Source: Haloquadratum walsbyi C23
GTDB taxonomy: Archaea > Halobacteriota > Halobacteria > Halobacteriales > Haloferacaceae
DNA: 32,000 nt
Direction: 5' to 3'
Assembly: GCF_000237865.1 (NCBI RefSeq)
Contig: NC_017459.1
Span: forward strand, 2,670,001 to 2,702,000
Shown: one piece after another, positions 27,975 through 32,000 of the stretch
Numbering within the stretch: position 1 is the first letter of the stretch
Layout: each line of letters begins with the position of its first letter
Made by a program: the position numbers and the translations under genes
The notes under the pieces: generated by a model
Seen by the model: only the letters and a program-made list of their open reading frames with translations
Databases searched by the model: none
What the model was told of the DNA's origin: nothing

Positions 27975-28277
27975 AGGAGAATACTCGCGTCTTCAGGCCT
28001 GTCTCTTACCCACAAGTTTGTGGAGTCGTAACCGGACATTTCAGACGCTTTCAGAGGTATTTGAACTCAAAAGATCGAGGCGAGAAGTGATTTAGACAGT
28101 GATATCGGCTGCGAGGGTTACAAAACGCCGGTAATCAACTCCACTACAATTGTTCCAAAGAGGCGTTGGAACTGTAGATACCAAGGATTTCAGTTGCGCT
28201 CGCCGACCCCGTTCCGCTAAAACCCTGACTCGATTTGTGGGTAAGAGACAAGTCTTCAGGCGCGGGAGGATGTCAAA
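27975..28277 (+). pseudogene. short tnpB 3'-end / right-end relic, split by the MITE insertion
   Basis: With 27998-28252 removed, the sequence reads GAGAATACTCGCG TCTTCAGG CGCGGGAGGATGTCAAATAG. It aligns over about 40 nt to the minus strand of 29259-29300. In-frame translation gives ...YSRLQAREDVK-stop. Confidence 0.5.
27998..28252. mobile_element. non-autonomous MITE with IS4/IS50-like terminal inverted repeats and an 8 bp target-site duplication
   Basis: The left end is CCTGTCTCTTACCCACAAGTTT (27998-28019). The reverse complement of the right end is CTTGTCTCTTACCCACAAATCG (28252-28231). They match at 19 of 22 positions. TCTTCAGG abuts both ends directly (27990-27997 and 28253-28260). The interior has no credible ORF and contains strong hairpins, for example GTTCCAA/TTGGAAC at 28152-28172. 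Confidence 0.6.
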
Positions 28278-28358
28278 TAGCGATTCTTCTCAGAAAGTAA
28301 TATCAGCTACCCGCTACGTGTCTCATTTTAGCTCAGATACCAACCCAAATGACAGTCA

Positions 28359-29132
28359 CTATGATATCGACTCATGATCTGCTACGCCAGTATCGGTGAT
28401 CACGAATGTCGCAGATTCACCGGTCGGCTTTGATCGATGCTTTTCAAGCGTTGCTCGTCGCTTCCCACCGCGAAACCGCTCAAGTCTCAGAACTGCTCCT
28501 GTCCAGTGCTCAAGGGTATATCCGCCAAGTGGGCGAACCCTGTCGGTGTCAGGGTCTGTGAAGACTTGATTTGTGATGACAACTGCAAGATTGTGTTTCC
28601 GAGCAAGCGAAAGAAGATGTGTAATTTGGCTGGTAAGCCGGCGGAGCGTGTCACCACCATCTGCAGTTTCAGTGCGTTCTGTATTCTCTGATGAGGCTCC
28701 ATCTGTCCCAATATTATTTTCAAGTGTCCCCCCAAGTGTTCGTTGAAGTCGATAGAATCCAGTGGCACTGTCGAGAATAATGAGATCAGCGCGATTGGCA
28801 AACTCCGCAGTGTCACGGACTGCCGTTGCTTGTGCCTCAAAATCATGCGCATCAGACATGATCACCTGCGAGGTGAGTGAGTCACGATCCACCGAGGATG
28901 AGTCATCGACAACACCGTCTGCAATCTGTCGAAACCGATCTGATGAAATACCCTCAGTATCGACATATACAGCCATGCTATCAGTTGCTGCAGTATGAAG
29001 AGCCGCTGAAAGCATGATGTTTGTTTTCCCTGCAGCAGGAGGTCCATAAACTTGCGTGACGGTTCCGCGCTCAAATCCCCCACCGAGAAGGGAATCAAGT
29101 GATTGACATCCTGTCGAGAGTAATCGTGACAC
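28359..29132 (-). CDS. radB: DNA repair and recombination protein RadB
   Basis: It has a GTG start. STGCQSLDSLLGGGFERGTVTQVYGPPAAGKT (Walker A) and LIILDS (Walker B) are present. Its short size and lack of an N-terminal HhH domain are typical of RadB rather than RadA. Confidence 0.9.
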   Translation of the reverse strand: MSRLLSTGCQSLDSLLGGGFERGTVTQVYGPPAAGKTNIMLSAALHTAATDSMAVYVDTEGISSDRFRQIADGVVDDSSSVDRDSLTSQVIMSDAHDFEAQATAVRDTAEFANRADLIILDSATGFYRLQRTLGGTLENNIGTDGASSENTERTETADGGDTLRRLTSQITHLLSLARKHNLAVVITNQVFTDPDTDRVRPLGGYTLEHWTGAVLRLERFRGGKRRATLEKHRSKPTGESATFVITDTGVADHESIS

Positions 29133-29261
29133 GCCGGTGAGTGAGAGACCTCAAGCGAAAAACCCCTCGATTTGAATAATCTCGAGAATCTTCAGCACTG
29201 CTGGGTGTCTCAAGGAAAATCCTATGATTTAATTATAGGAATAACTCGCATTGTATCTTTT

Positions 29262-29850
29262 TGACATCCTCTCCGCCCTGAAGGGTGAAGATTCCCACGG
29301 CACCGCGCCGCTGGATTGGGATGTTCAAGATTTGTAGCCGTCTCGATGACGGCTCCTGGCTGTGCCAACCAGCCGTTACTCCTATCCCAGCATGGGATTC
29401 GGAGGTACTTCTTACTGCACCCTGAGTTCCACAACAGAAAGGGGTGCTTTCTGCATGAAATCGGGGAATCCCGATATTGTCCGATTAGTGGGGCGGGCAG
29501 ACCGCCTCGGTTATGTATTGATACGGCATCTCGTCAGTTAAACCATCTGTTCGACACGTCGAACGTGGTTCACGTAGGGGTTGTCGGATTCATCCCCGCC
29601 GTGTAGTGATTCAACAAACTTCTGGGTGAGCTGATTCACTAATTCGATACGAGAGAACTACTCTGACCGGTGCATGTCTAGTTAACCACCCAGTTCTTCT
29701 GTGAACTACTAAACGGCGGGGCTTTCTCCTCGCACTGCCGTAATACTCGTGATCGGTTGATGAGCAGAGTATATTGGGATTGTTTGATATTATTGTATCA
29801 TTGAATACGTGATTTTCGATAGAGCATATCAGAATAACACTCAACACTGA
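29262..29850 (-). pseudogene. tnpB: 5'-truncated, frameshifted IS1341-type (IS200/IS605 family) tnpB relic, including the structured 3'/right-end (omega-RNA-like) region
   Basis: Minus-strand translations across three frames give, in order: ICSIENHVFND, TGW...VVLSYRISESAHPEV, EPRSTCRTDG...AVCPPH, SDNIG, FHAESTPF and FTLQGGEDVKK. These resemble haloarchaeal TnpB blocks as I recall them: VEDL (RuvC-II), AWG..L.YK.E..G..V, DP..T(T/S)..C..CG...C..CG, NAA.NI, GHSE.TPVE and GSP.LKE. No frame is open throughout. The region is more GC-rich than neighbouring spacers and packed with hairpins. Confidence 0.5.
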
Positions 29851-29885
29851 TAACTAATATCCGTAGTCGGTGCTATGTATAATAT

Positions 29886-30650
29886 GTGATTGTCGTCGCC
29901 ACCGACGATTTTGAGTTATATCATGATGTCGTCGGCGAACTGCGAGACCGAGATGTGCGATTCACCACAATCGAATCAGGGGCAGATCCTCCGCCAGGCA
30001 CACGAGTTGTCATTCGAACACCCAGTGATACAATCTCACTCCCTCCAGATGCGGAGAGTGTTGTTGTTGCCGGGTCAGAAGCACGTCGTGCAGTTGAGTC
30101 AGCAGTCTCAATACTCCGTGGCGGTGATGATGGGCGTACAGTTGTAGGTGTCGACCCTGGTTCAAGCCCTGGAATTGCCATTCTTGTCGGTGATGAAATT
30201 ATTGGTGCATTCCAGGTCCCACTTTCAGAGGCTGTTGGAACCATTAAATCTGAACTGACAGATGTTGACGACTCTGACCCGATTGTTCGAGTTGGCAATG
30301 GTGCCCGACTCCAGGGTGCACAGTTAGTTAACGATCTTGAGGATGTTGCCGTTGAGCTCGTTGACGAAGCAGGGACAACACCGTATCTCGGAGCAGGCGC
30401 ACGTGGGATGGGCGATATACTCGCGGCAGTCAATATTGCCCGACGAAGCGGTGAGGTCATTGAAACGCGAACGCTTGAACCAACAGCCGGTGAAATCCAA
30501 CGAATAAAAGATCGATCGCGTCAGATGGCTCGGGAAAATCGAACGATTGACGCGAAACTTGCCCGTCGTGTTGCCATTGGGGAGCTCACACTCACAGAGG
30601 CGCTTTCGCGCCATCGCGACGATAGTGATACACACACAGAATCAGACTAG
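29886..30650 (+). CDS. hypothetical protein with a RuvX/YqgF-like (RNase H fold) nuclease domain
   Basis: It has a GTG start. VVGVDPGSSPGIAIL, then VELVDEAGTTPY, then GDILAAVNIA follow the RuvX pattern (DxGxxxIGxA ... DERxTT ... DxxAAxxIL). The N-terminal ~80 aa were not assigned. Confidence 0.55.
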   Translation: MIVVATDDFELYHDVVGELRDRDVRFTTIESGADPPPGTRVVIRTPSDTISLPPDAESVVVAGSEARRAVESAVSILRGGDDGRTVVGVDPGSSPGIAILVGDEIIGAFQVPLSEAVGTIKSELTDVDDSDPIVRVGNGARLQGAQLVNDLEDVAVELVDEAGTTPYLGAGARGMGDILAAVNIARRSGEVIETRTLEPTAGEIQRIKDRSRQMARENRTIDAKLARRVAIGELTLTEALSRHRDDSDTHTESD

Positions 30651-31107
30651 AAATATCATTCATCCAATAGGGATTGAAACTCTGTCTCAATTTCTTATGT
30701 TTATCTTTTATAACTTGAACAAGGCGAATGCCACGAGGCTTGACCCTGATAGTGATTAGTGCGAGTATTTACCGCCGTGATCATCCGTGTCGGTGATAGG
30801 AGCCGCTGAACCCGCGTCATTCGACACCGCCGGTGAAACTATTCGAAGTAATCACTATGAGGCAATTCACATTCAATTGTTATGAACAGCTGACAATATC
30901 ATTCATGACGAGTAAAACACTATGCCTGGTTTCAAATCGACGTAAGCAACTATTAGTTATTCTTTATGAAGGCTGCGTTTATACGAAATTAGATATGTCT
31001 ATGATGTTCATCAGATGATATAGGCTATCCGACAACATCTAAAAATGTCGTTTGAATAAAACAAATATCGACGAAAGCAAGCCCACCGGCTATAGATAGT
31101 GAAGAGA

Positions 31108-32000
31108 TCACGAATCTGAGGTTATTATTGACCTAGCAGCGGCTTCTGCCCGACGGCGGATCTCACGTACAGGGTGATCTGTCGTTGTTGCAACCGCAAG
31201 TGCATCATCATACTCTGCGCTGTAATCATATATTACCCCATCAGCATCGCGCCCAATCTTGACTGCAATTTCATAACTATTATTATTGATTGTCAGCGTA
31301 ACAGTCTCAGACGTCCGGTTAGCACGCCAGCGATGCCGTGCAGGATGTTCACGAATACCTAGTGTACCAGTCTCAACTGCAAGTCGTTGAGCAACACTTG
31401 ATGCGTCATCTGGTTTTGTAATAACTTTGATTAAATGCCCAGGTCGTGACTTCTTCATCGATGTTGGGACAATCGTCACATCACGTGCACCGACATCAGT
31501 CAGCGTTTCTTGAAGACTCCCAAGCACCTCAGGGGTCGCATCATCAAGATTCGTCTCTAATACGACAATTGATTCACGATCAAGTGTGAGCCTGTCTGTT
31601 TCTAAATCAGGCTGCGGTCTATCTGTGTTGTTCGCCTCAATAGTATCAGTGTTCATGCTAGCTTCAAGTCCCATCGGTGTCGGTACTTCTCCAATAAGCA
31701 CGCGGAGAACATTTGGATACTCTTCAAAATCGTATCCACCAGCACCATAGCCTGTCGCTGCTATAGTAAGCGTTGGAAGCGTTTGTACACCTTCAGCAAT
31801 ATGTGCTAAAATTGCGGCGCCCGTCGGTGTCAGAAGTTCAGCATTAACTGGACCACCACGAAGCGACCATGTTGCCTCTTCTGCAATTTCAACAACCGCA
31901 GGTGGTGGAACCGAAAATGAACCATGTGACATCGTAATCTCTCCGCTTCCGGTTGATACTGGTGTTACACATACACGATCGACGTCCATATCTGCAAGCA
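31108..32000 (-). CDS. larC: LarC-family nickel insertion protein (DUF111), with the N-terminus beyond the window edge
   Basis: SHGSFSVPPPAVVEI...LLTPTGAAILAH...ATGYGAG and the C-terminal ...ETGTLGIREH...KIGRD... pattern are present. The frame stays open upstream of the annotated Met through position 32000. Confidence 0.75.
   Translation of the reverse strand, partial: LADMDVDRVCVTPVSTGSGEITMSHGSFSVPPPAVVEIAEEATWSLRGGPVNAELLTPTGAAILAHIAEGVQTLPTLTIAATGYGAGGYDFEEYPNVLRVLIGEVPTPMGLEASMNTDTIEANNTDRPQPDLETDRLTLDRESIVVLETNLDDATPEVLGSLQETLTDVGARDVTIVPTSMKKSRPGHLIKVITKPDDASSVAQRLAVETGTLGIREHPARHRWRANRTSETVTLTINNNSYEIAVKIGRDADGVIYDYSAEYDDALAVATTTDHPVREIRRRAEAAARSIITSDS

Noticed and set aside
27985-28285. 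SRP (7S) RNA candidate, because of the ~300 nt size and the long terminal pairing.
   Set aside because: No helix-8 signature (GGAA-type tetraloop followed by GGGAGCA-like sequence) occurs on either strand. The terminal pairing is instead a Tn5-like inverted repeat flanked by an 8 bp target duplication, meaning it is a MITE.
28150-28377. 75 aa ORF on the plus strand between the CBS gene and radB.
   Set aside because: It is very basic and Arg-rich, unlike every credible protein here. It runs across the MITE end, the target duplication and the right-end relic, and overlaps the radB stop. It is a by-product of the repeat sequence.
29103-29111. A fourth TTGACATCC match to the right-end motif, inside radB.
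   Set aside because: It lies in the conserved RadB N-terminus (codons for T-G-C-Q-S on the minus strand). The hairpin and the rest of the motif are absent, so it is most likely coincidence.
29220-29240. TCCTAT-N8-ATAGGA palindrome with a TTAATTATA core, considered as a promoter for a plus-strand structured RNA starting near 29263.
   Set aside because: G-U wobble pairs in a few hairpins mildly favour the plus strand. However, the protein-like remnants and the right-end motif orientation indicate the element is on the minus strand. The TATA-like palindrome more likely belongs to the radB upstream region. It remains unresolved without transcript data.
29262-29745. RNase P RNA candidate on the minus strand. 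Motifs resembling CR-I (GCGAGGAGAAAGCCCCGCC), CR-IV (GGGGAUGAAUCC), CR-V (GAACAGAUGGUUUAAC) and the J11/12 region (CAGGGUGCAGUAAGAAG) are all present, and the length is similar to that of haloarchaeal RNase P RNA.
   Set aside because: The motifs occur in the order I, IV, V, then II/III. That is neither the canonical order nor a circular permutation of it. No P4 helix can be built between the CR-I-like and any CR-V-like segment. There is no P1-P3 region upstream. The same DNA is better explained by the frame-hopping TnpB-like translation and a transposon right end. A covariance-model search (archaeal RNase P) would settle it.
30670-30680. GGGATTGAAAC, which resembles the 3' end of haloarchaeal type I CRISPR repeats.
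   Set aside because: It is a single occurrence. There is no second repeat at spacer distance, no leader and no cas genes in the window.

Overview
The window looks like a chromosomal segment from a halophilic archaeon. The predicted proteins are strongly acidic, the overall GC content is moderate, and the intergenic spacers are long and AT-rich. This resembles Haloquadratum, but that assignment is an inference, not a database result. By my count about four fifths of the window is coding. Most genes are housekeeping: F420 cofactor genes (cofC, cofE and a Mer-like F420 oxidoreductase), engB, and a JAMM/MPN protease next to a rhodanese. There is also a bacterial-type mutS-mutL pair, a MoxR / DUF58 / transglutaminase operon, aSUI1, a NUDIX hydrolase, a tightly coupled trpD-F-E-G operon and tRNA-Val(GAC). 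The remaining genes are an ArsC/LMW-phosphatase-like gene, a J-domain/2Fe-2S ferredoxin fusion, a 4xCBS protein with an HPF/RaiA-like C-terminus, radB, a RuvX/YqgF-like protein and a 5'-truncated larC at the window edge. No rRNA genes or CRISPR array were found. The unusual part is the accessory debris around radB (27.9-29.9 kb). It contains a 5'-truncated, frameshifted IS1341-type tnpB relic with a GC-rich, hairpin-dense 3' end. It also contains a 255 bp MITE with Tn5-like inverted ends and an 8 bp target duplication. Finally, three copies of a short end motif (hairpin plus GAGGATGTCAAA) occur in the window, and two of them face each other across radB. Several conserved enzymes also carry Thr/Asp/Asn-rich low-complexity insertions. 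All functional calls rest on recognising motifs by eye. No searches were run.
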